A DNA stretch of 64,000 bases from Eledone cirrhosa (GCA_964016885.1 OZ024744.1:108314001-108378000), one strand, 5' to 3'; numbered from the stretch's first letter, positions 40,601 to 53,395 are shown. Numbers and translations: made by a program. Notes: a model not told the origin generated them from the sequence alone.

Positions 40601-42443
40601 CTGGAAGATTGTCATAATAGACACAAAAATCTATCGATTGCTTGGATAGATTATAAAAAAGCATTCGATAGTTTGCCACACAGTTGGATTGAAAAATGTT
40701 TAGAGATTTTCAAAATATCTCCCGTTGTCAGGAGGTTTTTGTCATTCAGTATGAAGACATGGAAAACGACACTCCTTTTGAATAGTGAAACAAAATCACT
40801 GGAAGCTGGAGAAGTTAATATTAATTGTGGAATTTTTCAGGGTGACTCTTTATCACCGCTTTTATTCTGCATCGCACTTATACCATTAAGTAAAATGCTC
40901 AATGAAACAAAACATGGATATAAAGTCTATGACAAAACCATTAATCACCTGTTCTACATGGATGACCTGAAACTATTTGCAAAAAATGATGAACAATTGC
41001 AAGGGCTATTATCCACTGTGGAGCAGTTCAGTGATGACATTAAAATGGAGTTTGGACTAGATAAATGCGCCAAAGCAACGTTCACCAGAGGAAAGCTGCT
41101 GAAGAGTTCAGACATTAATCTTGATCGGGGGAACGTGATAAGAGAACTTGATCAAGAAAAAACTTACAAATATCTAGGTGTTTGTGAAGGAGACGGAATC
41201 AAGCACTCGACAATGAGGGAAAGGATAAGGAAGGAATGTTACCGCAGAGTAAGAGCAATCTTAAGAACGGAATTGAATGCAAGGAATAGGATCGATGCCA
41301 TAAACACGCTTGCCATACCAGTAGTAACCTACAGTTACAATGTCATCAACTGCTCAAGCACAGAGATCCGTAGGCTCGATACAAAAATTCGAAAATTCTT
41401 AACCATGCACAGAATGCATCACCCTAAGGCAGATATAGATAGAATATATCTCCCTAGGAAAGAAGGAGGACGTGGGTTAATCCAGTTAGACATTGCGTTG
41501 AAAACTGCAACAATTGGATTATCTACATATCTAAGGGAATCACATGATTGGATGATCAAACTCGTTTTGAAACACGAAAGCATCAAAAGATCATATTCCA
41601 TTACAAAAGATGCACAAAGATACAGTAATGGACTACAAATTTCAGAAGTTCCATTTACTGCTGAAATGGAAAACACAGAAAAAGCAAAGCAGGTAAAAGT
41701 AACTGCAAAGAAAGAACTGCTACAGAAACTGGCTAAGAAATGGCAAGAAAAGCCTCTGTATGGAAAATACCCAGAGCGAGCTAACAATCCTGATGTTGAC
41801 AAAACTTTAACCCATCAGTGGTTGGCATCCTCTGGACTGAAATCGGAGACTGAAGGACTGATTATATCAGCACAAGATCAAAAGAATTGGTGGGAGCATC
41901 AACCACCTCCCATACTTGAAAAAGATCACATCTCAATCTTGTGGAACTTTAGCATCCAAACAGACCGAAAAATAGATGCAAATAGACCTGATATAATATT
42001 GAAGGACTTTAAAAAGAGGGTATGCCTGCTAATTGATATGTCTGTTCCAATAGACAAGAATGTATCTATAAAAACATTTGAAAAATTGAGCAAGTATAAG
42101 GACCTGGAGATAGAAATTGGAAAAATGTGGAAATTGAGAACTAAAACAATACCAGTGGTTGTAGGCGCTCTGGGAATGATACCTAAGGGGTCTAATGATT
42201 ACTTATCGCAGATCCCAGGAAACCCGCGTATAGGAGAAATACAAAAGATAGTACTAATGGGAACTGCCCATATACTAAGGAAGATTCTGTCAATATAAGT
42301 ACATCACAAGTCTAAACACTAAAGATGCATGTGTGAGTATGTATGTTCTTCCTTGAACATGGCGGACCTTGTTGTCTCTTGAGGTCACTGGTTGTGACTT
42401 GGTGATAACTCGTATGAACATAAAGCAAGATAAATGCAACTGT
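37685..42443 (+). mobile_element. R4/Dong family A, near full-length, flanked by (TAA)n
   Basis: (TAA)n at 37643-37684 and 42444-42483; about 1.15-kb 5' leader followed by the RT-RLE reading frame. Confidence 0.92.
38854..42298 (+). pseudogene. Dong A RT-RLE polyprotein with one frameshift (A9 run, 39871-39879) and an in-frame deletion of the zinc knuckle
   Basis: NYRPITCL, DYKKAFD, FQGDSLS, FYMDDLK, PDIIL…IDMSVP…KYKDL. SAQDQ joins directly to KNWWEH. Confidence 0.88.
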
Positions 42444-42483
42444 AATAATAATAATAACAATAATAATAATAATAATAATAATA

Positions 42484-45400
42484 GGGAAGAAGACGCATGA
42501 GGTGACGGAGGTCATGAAATCGCTCCCGTAAGTTTTGAATTTTTAACATATTTAAATCATTTGTGAAATAACAACTCTTAGTACAAATGCTACGTAAAGC
42601 ACCCGGCTTGAGCCCCAAAAAATTCGGACCCAAAATATATTGTTATAAGGCTCAAATATTCAAATATTCAACTTTGTATTGTACACTGTATATCCAAAAA
42701 AGAAAATGGCTATAAATGGAAGAAGAACCCCCCCGCCCCTCCTCCTCTCTGTCTACACTATATAGGACAGCCAAACTCACCAACACCAGAAACTAGATAC
42801 ACCACCCACCCCATCATCTGTATACACTAAACACAACAGCCAGATAACGGCATTTTCACCTTCACCACCACCGCTCACTACGGCCATCATTACCACCACT
42901 ATCCCATCACCGCCGCCACCACCCCTTCACTCCTTCACTGCTGCCACCGCTACAGCGCCACCACTACAGTAATACGGTCACATCACCGCCACCACTGCCT
43001 CGGTATCGACATCACCACCACCACTGTCTCAGTATCGCTACCGCCGCCAGTCTCCCACTTCTCCCTGCTGGCTGCTACTTCCACATTATAGAATTCCTAC
43101 TACTAACAAAGAGGAAGGCATCAAAATATATAGATAGACTCAAAAAAAAAAAGAAAAAACAAACAACAAAACCAAAGCAGCACAGCAACACCAGCAAAAA
43201 CGAGAAAAACAAACAGAGAAAAACAAAAACAAAAAAAGAAACCCCAAAAACGTAAAGAAAATAAGAATGAAGAGAGAAGCAGGCGGACGGACAGAGAAGA
43301 GGGGGGAAAAACTAAAACTTAAAAAACAAAAACTAAGTCAGACATTCGAACACTACATTACAATGAAACTTATGCTTATTCATTTTTGGGGCCCTTTCTG
43401 CCTGTGTGTTTGTTTGTTTATGTGTGTTCGTATACAGCGTGGTGATAATGCCACACAAGGGCCAAGTGGGATGGCGGATCCACAGATGGCTATGTAACCA
43501 TACATTCGCCAATCCTCGATAAGAGTGTTTAAATATCGAACATAAACAGTTCGAATAACGGTGAAATGGAGACTAGAACGTCATGTGACAGACTCTCACC
43601 CAACAGGTGCCCCCTGGCTCAGCAGCAGGAACCTGACTGTCAACCAAATACTGCTGATGTTGGAGGAAGAAGAAGAAGGAAAGGGGCCAGAACCAACTGG
43701 ACGAAAGAATTGAATAGAACTGTTATGCAATGCTACCTGAAAAGTAACCCCAAGGAGAGGGGCTACAGGAGACGGATGCATAACATCTGGAACGAGATTG
43801 GTTTATTTAAATTAGATGAACAAAAATTGGCCGGGCAGGCTCGGGTAATAAGAACTAATGGGTGGATAAGCGAGCTGGAACTGGAGGAACTGAGCAGAGA
43901 GAATGGCTTGGAGATGGCGGGTGTAGTATGCCAGACAAGCGAGCCAGTGGGAAATGAAGGTGAAGAGGTCCTGAGAACGGAGGAACCACCCGAAGCAGAC
44001 AATGATCTGAATACTGAGATAAATAATACCTGGAACAGAGATACGGCCACTGAGGAGATGAATGCTGACGGGCTAGGACAAGATTCGGTTGACATCCTAA
44101 ATTTAGTGGTAGATGAATTGAACAATGATAGTGGGAAACCTATGAACCTAAGATTTGTAGACAGGAAAAAGTTAAAGGAAACAACAGCTAAGGTAAACAA
44201 AGTCATCCCATACCTTGAGGCGAGGAGCCTTCACCAGTGCAACAATATCCTCAAAGCAACAGCAAATACGGTGAGGAAACTACTTGGTTTAAAAGCGAGA
44301 GGAAACAACAGACAAGAAAGAGCAGAGCCGTGGTGGAAGAAGCGACTGAGTGGGCAAATCGGGGAAATGAGAAATGACATAGGAAAGCTTGAGTCACTAC
44401 TGAATGGGACACTAAAAAACATAGGCACTAAAAATAGACTGGAATTAAAATACAAAACTAGGAGTAAAAAGCTAAATATTATCATAGAGGAATTGAAGCA
44501 ACGCATTGTAGCAAAGAGTGCAAAAATCAGGCGATACGAGAACAGAGTCAGTCAGTATAAACAGAACCGCATGTTCGACAACAACCAGAAGATGCTGTTT
44601 GGACAGCTTGAGGGGAAAGAAAGAGGCAACGACTTGATCCCTGGGGCGGAACAAACTAAAACATTCTGGAGAGGAATATGGGAGCAGGATGTTAGACATA
44701 ATGCCCAGGCAGGGTGGATTGAGACAGTACAGAGGGAGATCGGTGAGCAGGCACAACAACAAACTGACTTGAGTATCACAGTTGAAACTCTTAAGGGGCA
44801 GGCCAAAAAACTAACCAACTGGAAATCACCAGGACCAGATGGTGTGCAGGGGTATTGGATTAAACATTTAACATCCCTCCATCCGAAGCTGACGGCCATG
44901 TTCAATGACTGCTTGGTGTCGGGTGAGGTGCCAGAGTGGTTGACAAAAGGTACCACAGTTCTGATAATGAAAGACCGAGTCAAGGGTAATGATGTTACCA
45001 ACTATAGACCTATCACATGTCTGTCCGTAATGTGGAAACTGTTGACGAGCATTGTGTCTGAGGAAATCTACCATCACCTCCACACAAACAACTTGTTACC
45101 GGACGAACAGAAAGGATGCCGAAAGAAGTCACGTGGTACAAAGGACCAGTTGCTTATTGATAAGATGGTAATGGGGAATTGCAGGAGGAGACACACTGAT
45201 CTTGCCATGGGATGGATAGACTACAGAAAGGCATTTGACATGGTGCCTCATTCCTGGATCACCAAAAGCCTGGAGATCTTCAGGGTGGCAGATAACATCA
45301 GACAGTTGCTGGGCAGGAGTATGGGGTCCTGGGAGACAGAGTTGACATCAACTGGAGTATCCTTGGGAAGCGTGAAGATCAAGAGAGGTATCTTCCAGGG

Positions 45401-47033
45401 AGATAGCCTGTCCCCTCTGTTGTTTGTCCTTGCACTGATGCCCTTGACCATTATGCTGCGAAAAGTGAGAGCAGGATACAAGTTGGGAAGGGGAGAGCTT
45501 ACCATCAATCACCTCCTCTTCATGGACGATCTTAAGCTCTTCGGGAAAAGTGAGAAGGAGTTGGATGTGCTTGTTGACACTGTCCGTATTTTCAGCAGTG
45601 ATATATGTATGCAGTTTGGTATTGGTAAATGTGGAGTCATTGTGATGAAGAGGGGTAGGTTGAGCAGAAGTAACGGGATCCAGATACCAACAGGTGAGAT
45701 GATAAAGGAAATTGACTCTGAGGAAGGATACAAGTATTTGGGCGTTCTGGAGGCTGATGGCATAAAGAACAAAAAAATGAAGGAATTGTTAAGAACTGAA
45801 TACATTCGGAGAGTAAGGAGCGTATTGAAGTCACATCTGAACAGCAGAAATGCCATAAGCGCAGTAAATTCCCGAGCTGTGTCTATTATTAGGTACAGTG
45901 CGGGAATTCTGAGATGGAATGTTGCTGAACAAAAAGAAATGGATAGGAAGACTAGGAAGCTATTGACTATCTACAACATGTTCCACAAGAGGAGTGATGT
46001 CGATAGACTCTACCTAAGGAGATCTGAGGGTGGAAGAGGTCTTATCAGCATAGAGGACTGTGTTCAGATGGAGAAAAACAACCTATACAAATACGTGACC
46101 TATAGTAAGGAGCCAATGCTCAGAGCTGTACTGAAGGAGGGGACAGTAGGCCAGGGGATATCCAAGGAGGAAATAACATCAAGGAGGAAGAGCAGCCTTA
46201 AGGGAAAATCCCTTCATAGTACCTTCTTTGAGAAAACTGAATTTAGAGATCCACAGACATGGAACTGGTTGAGAAGAGGAGACCTCAAAAAGGCTACAGA
46301 AGGAATGCTAATGGCTGCGCAGGAGCAGGCCCTCAAAACGAAGTGGTTGAAGCACCATATCTACAAGGAGGAGGCTAGCCCACTGTGCAGGATCTGTGGA
46401 GAGAGAGAGGAGACTGTGGCTCACATTGTGTCCGAGTGTAAACACCTAGCCCAGACCCACTATAAGCGCTGGAGACACGATGTGATGGGCAGGGTGATCC
46501 ACTGGCACCTGTGCAAAGTAAACAATCTACCACATTCTGAGAAATGGTATGAGCATAGGCCAGAGGCGGTGATGGAGAACAGTCAGGTGAAGGTGCTGTG
46601 GGATTTTAGGATACAGACGGACAAAAAACTGGAACACAATAGACCTGACCTGGTGGTTGTGGACAAAGAAAAAAGATCGTGCCTGATTGTGGATGTGGCC
46701 TGCCCGTTCGACACGAGAGTGCAAGAGAAGGAGAGGGAGAAAATTAACCGATACCAGGACCTAAAGTGGGAGGTGAAAAGGATTTGGAACTGCCATGAAG
46801 TCAAAGTGATCCCGATTGTCATAGGCGCACTGGGGACTATCTCCAAAGGTTTCCAGGGATGGTTAAAGAAAATCGGCCCCTTCACGCTTTTTGGAACGCT
46901 TCAAAAGGCATGCTTGCTTGGAACAGCAAGAACCCTCCGATACGTCCTGAATATCTGAGGCTGCAGGTAGTGGCTTGATATTCAATCCAACGGACTTTCC
47001 AGTTAACCAACATCAATGACTGAGATTCAAGGA
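42484..47033 (+). mobile_element. R4/Dong family B, full-length and apparently intact
   Basis: Bounded by (TAA)n on both sides; 1.08-kb leader, single ORF, short 3' UTR. Confidence 0.95.
43566..46958 (+). CDS. Non-LTR retrotransposon polyprotein: RT, CCHC knuckle and restriction-like (PD-D/ExK) endonuclease, 1130 aa
   Basis: NYRPITCL, KAFD, FQGDSLSP, LFMDDLKL, YKYLG, CRICG…HIVSEC, RHD, RPDLVV…IVDVACP…EKINRYQDL. Confidence 0.95.
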   Translation: METRTSCDRLSPNRCPLAQQQEPDCQPNTADVGGRRRRKGARTNWTKELNRTVMQCYLKSNPKERGYRRRMHNIWNEIGLFKLDEQKLAGQARVIRTNGWISELELEELSRENGLEMAGVVCQTSEPVGNEGEEVLRTEEPPEADNDLNTEINNTWNRDTATEEMNADGLGQDSVDILNLVVDELNNDSGKPMNLRFVDRKKLKETTAKVNKVIPYLEARSLHQCNNILKATANTVRKLLGLKARGNNRQERAEPWWKKRLSGQIGEMRNDIGKLESLLNGTLKNIGTKNRLELKYKTRSKKLNIIIEELKQRIVAKSAKIRRYENRVSQYKQNRMFDNNQKMLFGQLEGKERGNDLIPGAEQTKTFWRGIWEQDVRHNAQAGWIETVQREIGEQAQQQTDLSITVETLKGQAKKLTNWKSPGPDGVQGYWIKHLTSLHPKLTAMFNDCLVSGEVPEWLTKGTTVLIMKDRVKGNDVTNYRPITCLSVMWKLLTSIVSEEIYHHLHTNNLLPDEQKGCRKKSRGTKDQLLIDKMVMGNCRRRHTDLAMGWIDYRKAFDMVPHSWITKSLEIFRVADNIRQLLGRSMGSWETELTSTGVSLGSVKIKRGIFQGDSLSPLLFVLALMPLTIMLRKVRAGYKLGRGELTINHLLFMDDLKLFGKSEKELDVLVDTVRIFSSDICMQFGIGKCGVIVMKRGRLSRSNGIQIPTGEMIKEIDSEEGYKYLGVLEADGIKNKKMKELLRTEYIRRVRSVLKSHLNSRNAISAVNSRAVSIIRYSAGILRWNVAEQKEMDRKTRKLLTIYNMFHKRSDVDRLYLRRSEGGRGLISIEDCVQMEKNNLYKYVTYSKEPMLRAVLKEGTVGQGISKEEITSRRKSSLKGKSLHSTFFEKTEFRDPQTWNWLRRGDLKKATEGMLMAAQEQALKTKWLKHHIYKEEASPLCRICGEREETVAHIVSECKHLAQTHYKRWRHDVMGRVIHWHLCKVNNLPHSEKWYEHRPEAVMENSQVKVLWDFRIQTDKKLEHNRPDLVVVDKEKRSCLIVDVACPFDTRVQEKEREKINRYQDLKWEVKRIWNCHEVKVIPIVIGALGTISKGFQGWLKKIGPFTLFGTLQKACLLGTARTLRYVLNI

Positions 47034-47044
47034 ATAACAATAAC

Positions 47045-47077
<33 letters not shown>

Positions 47078-47269
47078 TTTCCAGGGATGGTTAAAGAAAA
47101 TCGGCCCCTTCACGCTTTTTGGAACGCTTCAAAAGGCATGCTTGCTTGGAACAGCAAGAACCCTCCGATACGTCCTGAATATCTGAGGCTGCAGGTAGTG
47201 GCTTGATATTCAATCCAACGGACTTTCCAGTTAACCAACATCAATGACTGAGATTCAAGGAATAACAAC

Positions 47270-47357
<88 letters not shown>

Positions 47358-47864
47358 TTCTGAGAAATGGTATGAGCATAGGCCGGAGGCGGTGATAGAG
47401 AACAATCAGGTGAAGGTGCTGTGGGATTTTAGGATACAGACGGACAAAAAACTGGAACACAATAGACCTGACCTGGTGGTTGTGGACAAAGAAAAAAGAT
47501 CGTGTCTGATTGTGGATGTGGCCTGCCCGTTCGACACGAGAGTGCAAGAGAAGGAGAGGGAGAAAATTAACCGATACCAGGACCTAAAGTGGGAGGTGAA
47601 AAGGATTTGGAACTGCCATGAAGTCAAAGTGATCCCGATTGTCATAGGCGCACTGGGGACTATCTCCAAAAGTTTCCAGGGATGGTTAAAGAAAATCGGC
47701 CCCTTCACGCTTTTTGGAACGCTTCAAAAGGCATGCTTGCTTGGAACAGCAAGAACCCTCCGACACGTCCTGAATATCTGAGGCTGCAGGTAGTGACTTG
47801 ATATTCATTCCAACGGACTTTCCAGTTAACCAACATCAATGACTGAGATTCAAGGAATAACAAC

Positions 47865-47910
<46 letters not shown>

Positions 47911-48014
47911 TACGTCCTGAATATCTGAGGCTGCAGGTAGTGGCTTGATATTCAATCCAACGGACTTTCCAGCTAACCAACATCAATGACTGAGATTCAA
48001 GGAATAACAACAAC

Positions 48015-48045
<31 letters not shown>

Positions 48046-49829
48046 TGGCAGATAACATCAGGCAGTTGTTGGGCAAAAGTATGAAGTCCTGGGAAACAGA
48101 GTTAACATCAGCTGGAGAATCCTTGGGAAGCGTGAAGATCAAGAGAGGTATCTTCCAGAGAGATAGTCTGTCCCCTCTGTTGTTTGTCCTTGCCCTGATG
48201 CCCCTGACCGGTGTACTGCGAAAAGTGAGAGCAGGATACAGGTTGGGAAAGGGAGGGCTTACCATCAATCCCCTCCTCTTCATGGACGATCTTAAGCTCT
48301 TCGGGAAGAGTGAGAAGGAGTTGGATGTGCTTGTTGACACTGTCCGTATTTTCAGCAATGATATATTTATGCAATTTGGTATTAGTAAGTGTGGAGTCAT
48401 TGTGATGAAGAGGGGTAAGTTGAGCAGAAGTAACGGAATCCAGGTACCAACAGGTGAGATGATAAAGGAAATTGACTCTGAAGAAGGATACAAGTATTTG
48501 GGCGTTCTGGAGGCTGATGACATCAAGAACCAAAAATGAAGGAATTGATAAGAACTGAATACTTTCGGAGAGTAAGGAGCGTATTAAAGTCACATCTGAA
48601 CAGTAGGAATGCCATAAGTACAGTAAATTCCCGAGCTGTGTCTATTATTATGTACAGTGCGGAATTCTGAGATGGAATGTTGCTGAACAGAAAGAAATGG
48701 ATAGGAAGACTAGGAAGCTATTGACTATCTACAACATGTTCCACAAGAGGAATGATGTCGATAGACTCTACTTAAGGAGACCTGAGGATGGAAGAGGTCT
48801 TATCAGCATAGAGGACTGTGTTCAGATGGAGAAAAACAACCTACACAAATACGTGACTGATAGTAAGGAGCCAATGCTCAGAACTGTACTGAAGGAGGGG
48901 ACAATAGGCCAGGGGATGTCCAAGGAGGAAATAACATCAAGGAGAAAGAGCAGCCTTCAGGAAAAATCCCTTCATAGTACCTTCTTTGAGAAAACTGAAT
49001 TTAGAGATCCACAGACATGGAACTGGTTGAAAAGAGGAGACCTTAAAAAGGCTACAGAAAGAATGCTAATGGCTGCGCAGGAGCAGGCCCTCAAAACGAA
49101 GTGGTTGAAACACCATATTTACAAGAAGGAAGCTAGCCCACTGTGCAGGGTCTGTGGAGAGAGAGAGAGGAGACTGTGGCTCACATTGTATCCGAGTGTA
49201 AACACCTAGCCCAGACCCACTATAAGGACTGGAGACATGATGTGATGGGCAGGGTGATCCACTGGCACCTGTGCAAAGTAAACAATTTACCACATTCTGA
49301 GAAGTGGTATGAGCATAAGCCAGAGGCGGTGATGAAAACGATCAGGTGAAGGTGCTGTGGGATTTTAGGATACAGACGGACAAGAAACTGGAACGCAATA
49401 GACCTGACCTGATGGTTGTGGACAAAGAAAAAAGATCGTGCCTGATTGTGGATGTGGCCTGCCCATTCGACACGAGAGTGCAAGAGAAGGAGAGGGAGAA
49501 AATTAACCGATACCAGGACTTAAAGTGGGAGGTAAAAAGGATTTGGAACTGCCATGAAGTCAAAGTGATCCCGATTGTCATAGGCGCACTAGGGACTATC
49601 TCCAAAAGTTTCCAGGGATGGTTAAAGAAAATTGGCCCCTTCACGCTTTTTGGAACGCTTCAAAAGGCATGCTTGCTGGGAACAGCAAGAACCCTCCGAT
49701 ACGTCCTGAATATCTGAGGCTGCAGGTAGTGGCTTGATATTCATTTCAACAAACTTTCCAGTTAACTAACATCAATGACTGAGACTCAAAGAGTAATAAC
49801 AACAATAATAATAATAATAATAATAATAA
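47078..49829 (+). mobile_element. Four 5'-truncated Dong B copies in tandem (47078-47261, 47357-47856, 47911-48003, 48045-49795), each followed by (TAA)n
   Basis: Each ends …CATCAATGACTGAGA(T/C)TCAA…(TAA)n. ORF pieces match the C-terminus of 43566-46958. Confidence 0.93.
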
Positions 49830-50652
49830 GTTGACGCGACTAGCATGGGTTTCCATACTAGTACCGGTTGCATCTCAGCGTACTCAATAGGTAATGTTAT
49901 GTAAAATCCCAGAGTAGACACACAGTTATTCGCTTTAATACAACACAGGTAAATGTGTACCTTCAATCTATACCCGAACTCGAGTTTCTGCCACACTTAG
50001 TGCAGCAATAGAGTACACAACATCCACTCTCTGCGTTTATTCATGCAACAATACACAATCGGTGTATGTGGCTTCATCAGGGGGTTTCACCTAATCAATA
50101 ACCAATCGATAGACAGAATTCGATTCCAGTCCGTGTCGGCTATGACTGTATGTGACGGCCAACACAGTAAAACATTAGCAACTGAAATCCGTACGCGTCA
50201 ACACAATGCCATCCACCGATTGGCCATTGGTTCAGAAATTTATGTAACGGCAGGAGACGAAATTAAAATAATTCTGCTCCCGCCATAAGCTCTCAGCCAA
50301 CGTGTCTCAAACAGAAGCGAGTGGAAAATCGATTATTAGAGAAAATCAGTCTCCAATCGCTGTACAATAGAATGGTAGCATTCGGCTCTAGTCTCCAAGT
50401 CCCATGGCGAGAAATAGTGCGACAGTAGCAATGGTAGTGCCTAAAACCTTTCCGGACATTAAATGCCACCAGGCAATTAGACACTGATATAGAGTTAGTG
50501 CGCTGTTTAGAATTCAAATTTCGACCAACCACGTGCGTAAACTAATATATATATCTTAAGTTTATTTATATATATAGGAAGCTCCAACCGGTAAGGTTGC
50601 ATTTTTTCAGGGTATGTCAACATTTATTTATAAAACTACTCTGTATTATATT

Positions 50653-50708
50653 TTATCTGATGAAAGCGCACCATAATCTGCCTTGGTGGCCCTTGAAATA
50701 TGTATAAT
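50653..50708 (+). ncRNA. Degenerate hammerhead upstream of a Penelope relic
   Basis: CUGAUGA-AAG…CACCA/UGGUG…CUU-GAAA-UAUG-UA; stem I is imperfect. Confidence 0.4.
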
Positions 50709-50748
50709 GAAATAAATATGGTTTTATAAATATAGCTTCCATTTGTCA

Positions 50749-50855
<107 letters not shown>

Positions 50856-51439
50856 CTTACATATATATATATAGAGAGAGAGAGGGGGAGATAGATTGAT
50901 AGATAAATAAAGATTTACGTAGATAAGAAATACAGTAGGATTTATTTCTAGCATATGTTTCATTGCCTTGTATGACTTTGTCTTGAATCCGCTATTCTAA
51001 ATAATCTGTCGGAAAACATCGAATTCAAATACCGTGGAGGATTTTTTAATTCTGTACACGACAGATTATTAAAAGAGAGTGACGACTATCATCAATTCGG
51101 ACCTTATGAAATGGGAAGAGGAGTAGACATATACAAGAGAGGCTTAAGAATATAAAAATATAAAAATATAAAAATATAAAAAATATATAAAAAAGGAAAG
51201 AGTAAGAAAGAAAAAAGGAAGAAAGGAAAAAATATATGTACTTCAACTCATACGGCGTATCAAATTTCGACAGAGAAACAACTCTTTCCAACAGGATATC
51301 ACGAAAAGAATCCGATGGAGAAAGAACTCTAATGCGATGCATGTCCACTAGATAGTTATTATATATATTCTCTCAAATATAGATGATCGATAAAACCGGT
51401 AATCTATAGCAGGAGTACTTAGCACCAATTCTTACATAA

Positions 51440-52925
51440 TGCAGTTACCAAAGATTATCGGACAACTGATCGGAGTGTAATCACTAACGCTGGTTTAAAA
51501 ATTACTAAATATCCAGGATCGGACTGAACCTCTGGACCGTATTTCTCTTCATTTTACTCTCAAGGATCATAAACCAAATTTCGTTAACAACCCATCTATT
51601 CAGCTCATTAACCCCACTATGACTGATTTACGTAGACTTCGAAAAAGAATTTTAAATAGGATTGTACCAAAAATTAGAGGTATGGTCCCTCTAACCCTGT
51701 GGAATAATTATTTCGTTGTGATTGATTGGTTCAATGGCATATGCAACAAGGAACATTGCCATTTTATCCAATTCGACATCAACAGCTACTATTCTTCCAT
51801 CATTTTACCACACCTAAGAGCTATTAATGTCGCTAAAATAATTAAGAAGGTTAATGATTTCAAAGATAATGTCATTTTAAATGCTCGCGAGTCTGTGTTA
51901 AATTTCGACAACTCTATTTAGTTTCAAAAAATCAAATAGTACCCCCATTGACGCGAGCATGGACGCCAGCAATTTGATGGAGCTCACATACCTTATTTGT
52001 TTATTTTTGACTTTTTTTCTGTCAAGGAGGATTTCCCCAATGTAGGTGGCGGCCACGCCGAGCTATTATGTTTAGAAAAGTTTCATCCTTTCCATTCATG
52101 TTGACGCTAACCCATCAGTGGTGGATTTCTTTGATGTGGCACTCAATATGTTGAAGAAGGCCTAATGGCACATTAAATTACATTAGTAAGCACTCTAACT
52201 ATCCAGCCAGCATAATCAAAACCTGTTCAAAAACGTCTTATTGGCGTCTTTCAGTTTATCAGCTAACGAGCATATCTTCACCGATCATTCCAAATATTAC
52301 AATGAAGTCCTAGCTCAGAGCGGATTTTTAGAAAAGGTAGAATACAAAGTACGAGCACCAAACTAAAAATAGATCCCGACGCATTATATGGTATAATCCA
52401 CCATATAATATGGAAGTGGCCACACCAATTACTTTAATTAGGAAGAATTCCTCTTAGCACAAAAATAAGTTTTTTTTAATAGAAACCCAGTTAAAATATC
52501 CTAATCCACAACACCCAACCTTGCACACAACATCACTGCATATAACTTAGTTAAATTACATAGCCGTAGTAATATAAACAATCCTGAACTTAGTTATAGT
52601 TGCAATTGCATCAACATGGACAACTAACTGCCCTCTAGTTGGGAAATGCCTATCAAGCAATATAGTTTATAAATATAAGGTTGATCCACCCATTACTACT
52701 AAGGTTTCAATTGGGTTAACTGCCAATATATTTAAGCAGTGTTTATACATGCACCCTCATTCATTTCGTAACCCTTTAAGAAGGAATATGAGTTCACTTT
52801 CAGCCTATGTCTGGAATTTAAATGATAAACACATCCGATATAGGTTACACTGGGAGATATTAGCTAAAGCTAGATCCTATAACTGAAATAAAAGAACTTG
52901 TGATCTTTGCGCCACTGAAGCCCTG
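51440..52925 (+). pseudogene. Penelope-like element (Naiad-type) RT and GIY-YIG relic
   Basis: FTLKDHKPNF…INP, FIQFDINSYY, IIWYNPPY, CNC…CPL.GKCL..NIVYK, IGLTAN.FKQ, SLSAYVW…WEIL…CDLC. Confidence 0.8.
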
Positions 52926-53129
52926 GAAATAATTTACGTATTTATATAATTTATGTATTTATATCATTTATGTATTAAAAAAAGGCTTGTAAGCAGAAAC
53001 TGTACGAAACATTTTTATATTACAACTATCAGCATAGTGCCCATACTATCCGTTGTAATATAAAAATGTCTTATACATTTTTTGCTTACAAAGCCGAAAT
53101 TACCTCAGATTAATGTGCATGTAACAAGG

Positions 53130-53260
53130 CTGGCCAGTCGAATTACAGGTACAACTCATTTTTGCTAACACAGTGGGCTAGAGCAGCGTAAAATAAGGTG
53201 TCTTGCTCAAAGACAAACGTGACGCCAGGAATCAATTTCATGACCTTGAGATCTTGAGAC
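53130..53260 (-). mobile_element. Old SINE fragment, second SINE family
   Basis: Minus strand TGTCTTTGAGCAAGACACCTTATTTTACGCTGCTCTAG resembles the SINE motif TGTGTCCTTGAGCAAGACACTT. Confidence 0.6.
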
Positions 53261-53300
53261 AAATTCTCCAACAAATAGGCCACTCACATTCATGTATATA

Positions 53301-53395
<95 letters not shown>

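Noticed and set aside
43596-46885. Antisense and alternative-frame ORFs within the LINEs
   Set aside because: Shadow ORFs with no recognisable motifs.
50020-50090. Hammerhead on the minus strand (CUGAUGA plus hairpin)
   Set aside because: No GAAA…UH in register; at best a decayed motif.
52601-52650. Selenocysteine-encoding Naiad element
   Set aside because: The CxC…C linker uses TGC codons, not TGA, and no SECIS was recognised.
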